From the NCBI RefSeq assembly GCF_029232205.1, contig NZ_CP107255.1, positions 240,001 to 272,000 on the forward strand: DNA of 32,000 nucleotides, given 5' to 3'. Below, one piece after another: positions 14,413 to 25,200 of this stretch. This stretch comes from Candidatus Saccharimonadota bacterium. GTDB lineage: Archaea; Nanohalarchaeota; Nanosalinia; Nanosalinales; Nanosalinaceae. The position numbers were made by a program, and so were the translations under genes. The first letter of the stretch is position 1; each line of letters starts with the position of its first letter. The notes beneath the pieces were generated by a model that saw only the letters and a program-made list of their open reading frames with translations, was not told where the DNA came from and made no database searches.

Positions 14413-16299
14413 TTAAGATATGTCCAATTCGTCTTTGAGGCTTTCGATATACATGCGGGCCATTTTGAAGCGGCCTTCTTTGAGTTTGTTGTCTGCGAGG
14501 TTGATTTCAAGTTGTTTGTCCTGCATGTCTTGGCCTTGGTCTTCGAGTTCCTGGACTTTATCTTTTACTTTGTCCATTTCTTCTGTTAGTTCGTGGTATT
14601 GGTCTAGTTCTTCGTCCGGGATTTTGTGCGGGTTGTGGTATGTTGGTCTGAAGTCTACGAACCATGGGTCTCCGTCGTTGTAGTTGGAGTTCTGGATCAT
14701 ACCTGTACCAACGTCCTCCGAGGATATTCTTTTTGAGAACTGTTCGCCGTATTTTTTCTCGATTCTTTTGATGTCTTCCATGGATTTGGTTTGCATTTGT
14801 ACTTCTGTCATGATGTTTCCGGAGATTGCTTGTTTGAAGTCTGCTGTAACCTGCGAGCACATCATGAGGCCTATACCCCATTTTCTGAATTCTCTTGCTC
14901 CTTTTTCGAGTGCTTTGTATCCTCCTTCTCCTCCGTATTCTTCTAGTAGTCTGTGTACTTCGTCGAATACGATGAATAGTTCGAGTGTTGGACTTTCTTC
15001 CCATTCTTTTTCGAAGATCTGATCAATAATTTTCCTTACGGCCTTGTCGAACTGTTCCGTGGTTAACTGGTTGAGTGTGAATACTGTGATTTCTCCTGGG
15101 TTTCTGAGCTCTTCGAAGTCGATGTCAGGGTCTTCCGACTTGATTTCTTTGATAACGCCGGGATAAGGGTGTGGGTCGGTGTCTTTGTTCATGTCGAATC
15201 TGTCGTAGTGCTCCAGGAGGTTGTCATCTTTCAGTTCTTTTACGAATCCTGTCCATTGTGCTGTTGGATCGAATACTACGACAGGTATGTCCTGTTCTAG
15301 GGCCTCTTCTGCGATGATGTTGGCGGTCACGGATTTTCCGGATCCTGTGGATCCTGCTACGATTGCGTGTGTGGTGAGGTCTTTTGGATTGATGTATGCT
15401 GATTTCTCTGTTTCTGCGATTTTTCCTACTTCAAACATCTGGTCTCCGTCGCCTTCATCTGGTAGTTTGCTGTAGTCGACGGGGAATACGTATCTTGCTT
15501 CTTCCTGCATGTGTTCCTGGTACCATCTGCGTGTGTAGAATCCTCCTCCTATGATCAGGCCTCCTGCCAGAAGTAGTATGGCTAGTTTGATTCTTGTGGC
15601 TGTCCAGAATGGGTTGGTTACCTGGAAAGTGTCTGTTGCTGTTATTGTACGGTTTCCGCGTGTTGCGTGACCCTGTATGTAGTAGTCTCCTGTCGACAGG
15701 CTTTCATTAGGTTCTATAGTGTGTCTGTACGATTTCAGTCTGACAAAGCTGGTGTTTCTGGTTGTTTCAAATACTTTTCTTCCTGTTTGGGCCTCTCTTA
15801 CGTCGTATGTTACTTCTGCGGAGATGTTGCCCTGTGTGCTGCTGGATAGTACTGTGAGTACTCTTATGTTTTCGTTTGGCCGTATTTCTTCTATTGTTGC
15901 CTGCATGTCGATTTTGAATTCGGCGTTTCTTCTTGTTACTACTCTTGCGCCTACTGGAAGGCTTTTTTCGGTGTTTTCGGTTTGTATCAGCAGGCTTCCT
16001 AGGTATAGGCCTTCTTCCAGGTCGTTGGTGGTGTTCATTACTGCTTTTACGTTTCTGGTTTGTCCTGGGCTCAGGCTAAATTGTTCGTTGAGATCCAACA
16101 CTCGTCGCAGGTCTGATCGGCTTGTTACTGTTACGTCTTCTGTTGTGTTTCCGTTGTTGGTGACGCTCAGTGTGTAGATCTGTGGTTCTGATTTGAAGAT
16201 CACGCTGAGAGAGGGGATGTCGTCGTTGACTGATATATCTGCAGCTGCTGTTGCGGTCATCATGCTGAGTGCCAGTAGGATGATTGCTGTTTTTTTCAT
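14413..16299 (-). CDS. Type-I membrane protein: signal peptide, ~240-aa beta-sandwich-like ectodomain, one TM helix, cytoplasmic HerA/FtsK-superfamily (DUF87-like) ATPase
   Basis: 628 aa.
- Signal peptide: MKKTAIILLALSMMTATAAAD.
- TM helix: IKLAILLLAGGLIIGGGF.
- Walker A: AGSTGSGKS.
- DPTAQW motif.
- Walker B: LFIVFDEVHRLL.
- FRKWGIGLMMCSQ (HerA-like RK-G-G-L-SQ motif).
- Coiled-coil C-terminal tail.

The ATG shares one nucleotide with the giant gene's TAA (TAATG). Confidence 0.8.
   Translation of the reverse strand: MKKTAIILLALSMMTATAAADISVNDDIPSLSVIFKSEPQIYTLSVTNNGNTTEDVTVTSRSDLRRVLDLNEQFSLSPGQTRNVKAVMNTTNDLEEGLYLGSLLIQTENTEKSLPVGARVVTRRNAEFKIDMQATIEEIRPNENIRVLTVLSSSTQGNISAEVTYDVREAQTGRKVFETTRNTSFVRLKSYRHTIEPNESLSTGDYYIQGHATRGNRTITATDTFQVTNPFWTATRIKLAILLLAGGLIIGGGFYTRRWYQEHMQEEARYVFPVDYSKLPDEGDGDQMFEVGKIAETEKSAYINPKDLTTHAIVAGSTGSGKSVTANIIAEEALEQDIPVVVFDPTAQWTGFVKELKDDNLLEHYDRFDMNKDTDPHPYPGVIKEIKSEDPDIDFEELRNPGEITVFTLNQLTTEQFDKAVRKIIDQIFEKEWEESPTLELFIVFDEVHRLLEEYGGEGGYKALEKGAREFRKWGIGLMMCSQVTADFKQAISGNIMTEVQMQTKSMEDIKRIEKKYGEQFSKRISSEDVGTGMIQNSNYNDGDPWFVDFRPTYHNPHKIPDEELDQYHELTEEMDKVKDKVQELEDQGQDMQDKQLEINLADNKLKEGRFKMARMYIESLKDELDIS
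14413..16299 (-). repeat. Tandem duplication unit A (whole 628-codon gene)
   Basis: Homologous codon-for-codon to 16299-18185 at a constant +1,886-nt offset. The offset was checked at the stops, Walker A, the ATPase start and the FW motif before the TM helix. Confidence 0.85.
14416..15501 (-). other. Cytoplasmic HerA/FtsK-superfamily ATPase domain of the 628-aa paralogue
   Basis: Walker A codons at 15331-15354. About 87% amino-acid identity to 16302-17387 by hand alignment, with no indels. Confidence 0.8.
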
Positions 16300-19200
16300 T
16301 ATTCTATTCCTAGTTCGTCTTTGAGGCTGTTGATGTACATTCTGGCCATTTTGAAGCGGCCCTGCTTGAGTTTGTTGTCCGCGAGCTGTAGCTCAAGCTT
16401 CTTGTCTCTGACATCCTGTCCCTGTTCTTTCATTTGTGATAGCTTGTCCTTAAGCTTGTCGAGTTCTTCGGATAGCTCGTGGTATTTCTCCAGTTCGCTG
16501 TCCGGAATCTTGTGCGGGTTGTGGTATGTTGGTCTGAAGTCTACGAACCATGGGTCTCCGTCGTTGTAGTTGGAGTTCTGGATCATACCTGTACCAACGT
16601 CTTCACTGGAGATTCTCTTGGCGAACTCTTCACCGTACTTGGTCTCCACACGGTCAATGTCCTCCATTGACTTCGTCTGCATTTGTACTTCTGTCATGAT
16701 GTTTCCGGAGATTGCTTGTTTGAAGTCTGCTGTAACCTGGGATGCCATCATCAGGCCTATACCCCACTTACGGAACTCACGAGCTCCCTTCTCTAGGGCC
16801 TTGTATCCTCCTTCTCCTCCGTATTCTTCTAGTAGTCTGTGTACTTCGTCGAATACAATCAGCATCTCTAGTTCTGGGCTTTCCTCCCATTCTTTTTCGA
16901 AGATCTGATCAATAATCTTTCTGACTGCGGAGTCGAACTGCTCTGTGGTTAGTTCGTTCAGTGTGAATACTGTGATTTCTCCTGGGTTTCTGAGCTCTTC
17001 GAAGTCAATGTCTGGATCTTCTGAGCTAATCTCCTTGATGACTCCTGGGTATGGATGCGGATCTGTTTCCTCGTCCATGTCAAATCTGTCATAGTGTTTG
17101 AGCAGGTCATCGTCCTTCAGCTCTTTCACGAATCCTGTCCATTGTGCTGTTGGATCGAATACAACTACCGGGATATCTTCTTCCAGTGCTTCCTCTGCGA
17201 TGACGTTTGCGGTCACGGACTTACCGGATCCTGTGGATCCTGCTACAATTGCGTGTGTTGTCAAATCTTCAGGATTGATGTAAGCTGATTTCTCTGTCTC
17301 CGCAATCTTACCGACTTCGAACATTCTGTCGCTGTCGGTGTCGTCTGGTAGTTTGCTGTAGTCGACTGGGAAGACATATCTTGCTTCGCTTTCTCTCTTG
17401 ACCCAGTAGTACTGGTAGGCCTTCCATCCTCCTATGCTGATTAGCATTATTAGGAAGAGTAGTACTGCTGCTCTTGTTCTGAATGGTGTCCAGAATCTTT
17501 CCTGGATGCTGAATGTTGCTGTGTCGATCACTGTGCTGTTACGGGCCTGTGCTACTGCCTGTACGTAGTATCCTCCTCTGCCTAGGCCTTCTGTGCTGAA
17601 TGATCTCTGGAATTCTGTTGATTCCATGATGTTCAGGCTGTCGTTGCTCTGGGCAAGGATTTCGTCTGTTGAGCTTTCTCTTAGGTAGTATGTTATTGAT
17701 ACGTTGATTGGTGTTTCCAGTTCGATCTCTGCGATTGATACTGCGAATGTGAAGTTGTTTCCTGGTTCTACGCTCTGTGTGAGCGGCTGGAGGTCGAGGT
17801 TCATTCCCTGAATTCCTCTTCTTGCGACGAGGATTTGCTGTGTGCTTCTGGTGGTTGTGTTTCCGTATGTTGCTATGATGTCTCCTTTGTAGCTCTTGAT
17901 TGATGCGTTTTCTGGGATTGATGCTCTCATCTGTGTGATTGTTGATGAGTTTGGACTGATTCTTGTACTGGTGTTATCGAAGCTGAGTAGCTTCTGCAGT
18001 TCTCCTTCTACGTCCAGGTTGAGTTCGATTGTTTCGTTCTGGTTGTTTTCGATCTCCAGTAGGAATGTTCTTTCCTCTCCTCGGAACATGATTGGCTGGA
18101 AGATTCTTGGGGAGATGATGAATGGTTCTGGCCCGTATGCATCGTCGAGGCCTGTGTCGTTGAAGCTTTCGTTCTGTTCTCTGCCTCCTCCTGTTATTGG
18201 GCCTATTGTGCCTCCTGTGTTTTCTCCTGAGTTTGATCCTCCTGATGATGTGTCTTGGCCTTCTTCTGGGTTTTCTTCTGTGTTGTCGTTTTCCTGGTCT
18301 GGTGTGTCGTATCTTTCGAGGATGTAGCTTGAGGTGCTGTTGCTTTTGGCGCTGTATGTGTTTTCGTCAATGTTGATTGTGCCGTTGAGCTGTGTCCATG
18401 TGCTTGTTGTGTTACATTTGCTGATGTTTCCGTACTGGCATTTGTACATTCTGAGGTTGTTTTCTTCTTCTTCGTCGAAGTCTTCTGTTGTTGTGTAGTT
18501 GAGTGTTACGACTACTTCTCTGAAGGTCATGTTGTTTTCTATGCTGATTCCTGCGAACGTCTTGTTTGTGGTCTGTTCTGGGTGGCTGAAGTTTGTGTTT
18601 TCTCCTATGTCAACTGATGTTAGCTGTACGGCGTTTGTTGTGTTTCCTGAGATGTTTGCTTCGTTGAATTCTAGTTTGTGTCTCTGTATTCCGTTTCCTG
18701 TGTCTGTGTCTGCGTCGATTTCGATGTCGTATGTTCTGTTCTGTACTGTGAGGTTGTACGTTGAGTCTGTTTCTTCTTCCTCTAGTGTTGTGTTGCTGTT
18801 TGGCCTCTTGAATTTGAAGTTTGGTTTGACGTTGTTCATCTGGCCTGTGACTGTTACTCTTGGGAATACCGAGATTGGAAGGGCCTTGGAGGTTGTGTAT
18901 CCATTTTCGTCTGTTAGTGTTACGTTTACGTCGTAGTCTCCGTCCCATGCTGTTTCTGTGGCGTTGGCCTTGTAGACTGTACCGTTTCTCTGGAAGCTGA
19001 TGTTTTCTACAGCTGTGTTGTTTTCCAGGTATACTAGCTGGCCTTCGATGCTGCTGATGTTTACGTTGTCGAATGCGTCTACTTCTACTGTTGCGTTTTC
19101 TCTTTGTTCGACGTTTTCACTGGTTGTTGATGTGATGAATGGGCCTGTTGTGTCTCTGTACTGTGTGCTGAGTTTTTCTCTTGTTTCGATGTTGTCTGTT

Positions 19201-22200
19201 TCTGCTACTAGTTCGAGTGTTGTGTTGATTGGGTTGTACTGGATTTCTGGTGCGTAGCAGCTGATTTCCCACTCATCTGTCTGGTTGTTGTATGTTGAGT
19301 TTGCGGCCCCGCATTTCTCGTCCTGGATGTTTGCTGTCCAGTCTGCGTTTTCGATTGAGTCTGTACCGTTGAATGTTAGGTCTGCTGTCAGGTTGATTCT
19401 GTCTCCTGCTGTGAGGTTGTCAACTCCGTTCTCTGCTTCTGCGGAGAGGAGGTTCATCTCTACAGGCCTTACATGCATGGTGATGTTGACGTCGACTGAT
19501 TTTTCGTTGGTTTCTGGGTTGAATAGGGATAGTGTTGCGTTGTAGTCTCCTGCTGAACTGGTGTCGTATCCTACGTCTACTGTTTTTGTCTCCAGTGGGT
19601 CCAGGCTGATCTGGTCTCTTACGTCTAGGAGTTCGGAGTTTTCTGTTTCACTCAGGTTGACCTTGATTGATGAGGTTCTGTTGCTTTCTACTTCAATCTG
19701 TCCTAGTGTTCCGTAGGTGTTTGTGGCTACTGTTACGTTGAAGTTTCTAGGTGTCACGTTGAATGAGGTGACGTTCTGTCCGCTTTCCGGTGCTGTTTCG
19801 TCCTGATCTTCTGTTGGCCCTCCAAGTTCTGCTCCTGCTGAGCTTCCTCCGCCTCCTGATTTGACTATGTAGTCCTTGAGTGCGTAGGCCTGGCTGTTGT
19901 TGTAGTACTGTTTGTCTCCCATTGCCAGTTTGAATGTGAAGGTATCTACTCTTGGAGGCAGCCAGTTGAGGCTTCTCTCACCATCTGCAGTTGTGTTTAC
20001 TGTATTGAGTTTGGAGATTTCGTCTACTCCTACCTGGCCTGTGAAGTTGCTGTCTCCTGTGTTTGTGAACTCTATGTCGATTTCTCCTACGTCTGTACCA
20101 CACTGGGTGCTGTAGTTGGATAGATTGACTTGTTTGAGTTCCCAGCCTGTTCCTGTCTCTAGTACTTTGCTTGTGCTGCATGTCTGGTCTCCGTTTTCGA
20201 TGGAGAGGTTGGCCTCAAGCTGTGAGTTAATCCATAGGCTGATTGCGTCGTATTCTGCGAATGGTTTCTGGTTGTCGCTATCCCAGTAGGCGTAGCTCTG
20301 TCTGACGTGGAAGCTCTCGTTTGGCTGAAGTTTGCTGACGTTTGCTATTGCTGCCTTGCTTCCGAACACTCCTTCCTGTTTGAGGCCTTCAACATTGTCT
20401 ATGTCGTATCCTGGTCTTGCGCCTACGTATGTTCCGTTTCGGCCTCCTTCGTTGGTCAGGATGTAGTCGTTCTTGACTGGTGCTGTGTCGATTGTTCCGT
20501 TGGTGTAGCTGAAGGTGCCTACTGGTTCTCTTTCGAGTAGTTTCTTTCTGTTTTCGAGATCTAGGTCTGTCATTTTGATCTGCAGTATTTCGACTGTGTT
20601 GTTGCTGCTGACTCTGATTCCTGTTACGTTTCTGTTTTCGATGCTTCCTGTGTATTCTGTCCATCCTGTCTGGTTTCTGAGTTCTAGTGTGAATGAGTCG
20701 TTTGCGATGAAGCTGAGCTGGTCCATTTCCTGGATGTCTACTGTTTTTTCGGCTGTTGTGTTGCTTACTACTAGGCCGCTATCGCTCTGGCTGATGTTTC
20801 CTGTGCCTACATTGTTCCAGTCGTCTGCGCTGATGTTTGCTGTGTATGTTTCCTGTCTTGTACCCCAGTAGACTGTCATTGGGAAGTTGTCGATTCCTCT
20901 GTCTGTGTATGTTTCCTGTATTCTTGGAAGTAGTTCTACTCCTTCTTTTGTGGAGAAGTTGTATGCTATTGCTCCTTCTGTGTCATTCCATGATGGCTCT
21001 GCTGCTGTTCTTACGTTAAGTGTGATGTTGGCCTTGCTGGAGTTGTAGTAGTTTTCTGCGCTGGAGTAGGCCTGTACTGTGATGTTTCCAATTTCTGTCT
21101 GGTTTCCTGGGTTCCAGGTTATGTTGCAGTCTCCTGTGCTGTTTGTTGTGCATTGTCCGATGGTCTGGTTGTTGTAGAGGAAGAATGTTGATGCGTTTTC
21201 AACACTCTCGTTGACGCTGGAGGTTTCTGCTCTAAGTGTTGTCTGTTTTGGATTGCTGTAGTTGTCTCTGTAGATTGTCTCTGCGCTGATGTTTGTGATG
21301 TTTGTTTGCAGTGTGCCGCCTATGAAGACTGTTTCTGTTATGTTTTCTGTGGTTGTGTTGTAGTAGAGGCTGCTGTTGTCCTTTATTTCGGTTGTTATGT
21401 TGTAGGTTCCGATTGTGCTGTTCTCTGTGTCCCAGGTTGTGTTGTACCATCCGTTTGCACCTGTCGTGCCGTTTAGCCACGTTTCTGTTGTGTTGTCTTC
21501 GTGCTTCTTGTATAGCTGTACTGGGTAGTTCTCTAGGCCTTCTTCTGTGTTGTTGTCGGTTACTCTTACTGAGATATTGACTAGGTCGCCTGTTGTGTAG
21601 CTGTCTGCTAGGCTGAAGGCCTGATCTGAATATCCGTAGATTGTGATGTTTTCTGTGGTGTTGTCTGTTGTGTAGTTTTCTTTCTCTGCTTGTACTGTAA
21701 TGTTGTGTGGGCCTAGGGTCTGGTTTGTGGTGTTCCAGATGCCGTCTTCTGTGTTTAGAATTGTCTGGTTTTCGTAGAACCATGTTACGTTGGCGTTAAC
21801 CTGGCTGTAGACGTCTCTTATTGTTGATTCTAGGTCTACTGTGTCGTATCTGTTTATTAGGCCTGTTGGGTTGTTGATTGTTGCGTTGAGTTTTTCTGTT
21901 AGTGTTACTGTTGTGCTCTGTGTGTTCTGTGGTTTGTACCAGGTTCCTGTTCTGTTTGTTGCAAGGTCTACTGTGATGTTGTGTGTTCCTACGAAGTCTG
22001 TGCTTCCTGTGTTCCAGGTTACGTTACAGTATCCGCTGCTGTTTGTTGTGGAGGTGTTGATTAGGCCGCTACTGTCGCTGATTCTGCATGGGTATCCTTC
22101 TACTGCTGTGTTATTTCTTTCGTTCATTACCTTGGCCTGGAATGTTACTGTGGAGTTGGCTCTCTCCGTGCTGCTCGTTGACTGATCGGTTAGCGTGATG

Positions 22201-25200
22201 TTTACTGGGTCGAATATTTCGACAGTGTTGTTGTCGAATGTTACTGTTCCGTTTCCACCTTCAGCCGTTGCGTTCATCTTGTGTAGGCCTGTGCTTACGT
22301 TGTTTAGTATGCTCCAGTTGTAGGTCTTGTTTTCTCCTATCTTGACGTTTCCTTCTGTGGTGTTGATTGTCCAGTTAAGCTGGTTTGGTGTTACTTCGTC
22401 TCCGTTTTGGTTCCTGACTGATGCGTTGAGGTATTGTTCTGAACCTCTCAGTAGGTCTCTGTCGTATTCTTTTTCAGGCCTGTCCGCTGGGCTTCTGATT
22501 TCAATTGAGAATCCTCCCAGGATTTCAATCATGTCTGTAAGAGTCATGCTGTCGCTGAAGTACTGCTTGGTGGAGTTGGCTCTGATCTGTGCTGTTGTTG
22601 GCTGTGTTACTGTTGTGTTCCACAGGATTGTGCAGTTTCCGATTCCGTCTGTTTCGCATGTCTTGATCTTTTCGAAGCTGCCTGTTGCGTTGGCGTAAAA
22701 GTCTACAGCTGCTCCTGTAACAGGGTTGTTGTTTCTGTCTATTAGCTGGTACTCTGCCGTGATGTAGTGGTCGTTCTGTGTGTCGTACCAATACATGTCT
22801 GTGTCCTGTGCTCCTCCTGAAATTGACAGGTTGTCCTTCAGGGTCTTGGTTATTGTTTCTGTGTCGTTGTAGGCCTTGTAGTATCTGCTTTCGTTGTCCC
22901 AGATCTGTACTTCTATGTTGTGATCGCCTACCTCTTCGCTTATCGCGTTCCAGTGAGTTTCTGCTACTCCGTTGCTGTTGGTGCTGACGTTTCTGATCAA
23001 GCTCCCGTTGTCATAGAATCCAACAGTGTAGTTTGAGATGCCTGTATCTTCTTCATCAACCACTTCGGCCTTGAGAGTTAGGTTGTCTCTTAGATTGTTT
23101 CCGCTGCTGTTTAGCAAGTTGACGTCGAGCTTTCTGTATACATCTAGGTCGATTATCTTTTCGTCCGTGCAGTTGCTGCCATCACAGTTCTCTGCGTTTC
23201 CTGTTGCATTGACAAATGCTCTGCTTGTGTAGTTTCCTCTATCTGGGATCTGTACTTCTATGAATGCTGTCTCGGTGAGGCCTTCCTCGACTGTGAAGCT
23301 CTGGTTAACAATCGTGAATTCGTTGTCTGCGAGATATTCTGTGTTGTTGAGAGCTCTCTGTTTGATGTCTGGTTCTACCTGTGTTAAATCTACGTTTCCG
23401 AAGCTGTAGATTTCCATTGGTAGCTGGTATGTTTCGTTCCACCAGAGTTCCTGGTAGTACTGGCCTCCTGTCTCCTTGAGGATTGGGTTGGCCTCTACGT
23501 TGATTGACTCTGTTGTTCCTATGTCATCGGTTGTTCCATCAGGGTTGACCCAGTCCACGAACTGTGAGAACCTCTTGTTTCCTGGATCTGCGGTTGGCGT
23601 TACTGTTGCCTCAATTGTTGCATTGCATGTTGCGTTTGCTGCAAGATCACCGCACTGGATAGATGTGCTGTTTGTGGTTATTCCATTCTGTGCAAGTATT
23701 TCTTGAAGCACTGTCTCATAGGCTGTGACCTTTCCAGTGTTGTTGAACTCTGCTATTAGAGTTGTTTTTCCATTGTAATCTTGCGTGATATTGTCGAAGT
23801 TTGTTTTATTTGCTGTGAGGTCAACTGATCCTGTGGTTTTACCGATGGCCTTGAATGTATCTTCGAATAGCTTGTTTTCCTCCTCATCTGTTGTGTCTCT
23901 TGCGTAGATGCTGGTATTGTACCATCCATTTTCTGTTGGTGTGAAGTTGGTTCTGTAGTATCCTCCTGTGAAGTTTCCAGTATTGTTGCTGATTTTCTCC
24001 ATACGCTTACCGGTTACGTTATCGCCGTTAGGCCCTATGATATCTATCTCTACGAATTGAATGCTGTTGGTGTCTGTTACGTTTACTGTTAGGTTGATGT
24101 TTTGCCTGTCTTCTTCTGGGAACTTGTCGGATGGCGTCATGTTTGTGGCTTCTGGAGGCCTTGCGCTGATCTTGAGTTCGTATGTGCTGTTTACTGTGTT
24201 GTCTGCTCTGTCTGTTACGTTTGCTACGAATTTGTATGTTCCGTTTGATGCGTTGAAGTATGCTGGTGTTTCTAGGTCTCTGTAGGTGTCGTTTGCGTAG
24301 TATTCCATGTAGCTGGTGTTGTCTACTGGCTGGTTTGTTGTTTCATTGTATGCGAATAGTTCTACTGATAGGTTTGTGTAGTCTGTTGTGTTTGTTAGTC
24401 TCCAGTCAAGCAGCCATTTTTTCAGTGATTCATCTGGGTTTCCATCGCTTGCGTTTATTGCGGAGAGTGTTCCTACTTCTGGTGCTACGTCGTCGATTGT
24501 TACATTTAGTGTTGTTTGGTTGGTCCATTCTGCCTGATCTGTTGCTGTTGTTGTTACCTCGCATGATGTCTCTCCTGTTGGGCAGCCGATGTTGGAGAGT
24601 GTGTCTACTCTGTACCATGTGTTTCCTGTCTGGTTCATTGAGTAGCCTTCTAGGGTTACTGTAGATACGTTGTACTCATCTGTTGCTGTTACTGTGAAGT
24701 TCAGTTCCTCGTCGCTTCTTACTATATTGTTTGAGCTGTTAATTGTCAGATTGTAGATTTCTGGGTTTTCATTGTCTACTATGTAGTCTACGGAGGTGTT
24801 TGCTCCTTTGTTGTCTGCTTTGTCTGTTGCTGTAACGTTTATTATTCCGTCGTTGTCTATCTCTACGCTTCCTCCCCAGTCGGATTCTATTCTATTTTCT
24901 GTGTTGTTGAATCTCTCTCCAGTGAACATTAGCGTCTCTCCTTCTGCTGTAACGTTGAGTAGTGTTGCATCTGTGTCGTTGTATAGTACTGAGGCTATAT
25001 TGATTGTGCTGTTTGGTTTGAGGACGTTGTCAGATTCTCCTGTTAGAAGAACTGTCTGGATTACTGGTTCAACGTCGTCTACTGTTATTTCTGTTGTGAT
25101 GTTTGCGATATTGTCTGCTCTGTCGATGCCTCTTGCTGTTAAGTTACACTTGGCTCTCTGTCCATCTTCAGGACAGCCTAGGTTTGCGGTTGTGTTGTTT

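Larger units (their letters stand above)
16299..18185 (-). repeat. Tandem duplication unit B (3'-terminal module of the giant gene)
   Basis: Same as unit A. Perfectly identical tracts: 16510-16601 = 14624-14715 (92 nt) and 16678-16739 = 14792-14853 (62 nt). Confidence 0.85.

Noticed and set aside
16290-16296. A7 homopolymer directly after the ATG of the 628-aa gene (ATGAAAAAAACA) as a possible slipped-strand phase-variation switch.
   Set aside because: It simply encodes Lys-Lys of a normal signal-peptide n-region. A single 7-nt run with no population data is not evidence of phase variation.
14413-18185. Possibility that the ~1.9-kb repeats represent a mobile element, an IS or a CRISPR-like array.
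   Set aside because: There are only two copies, both entirely coding and in frame. I saw no terminal inverted repeats, transposase motifs or short spacer-repeat periodicity. The region is a tandem gene-segment duplication.
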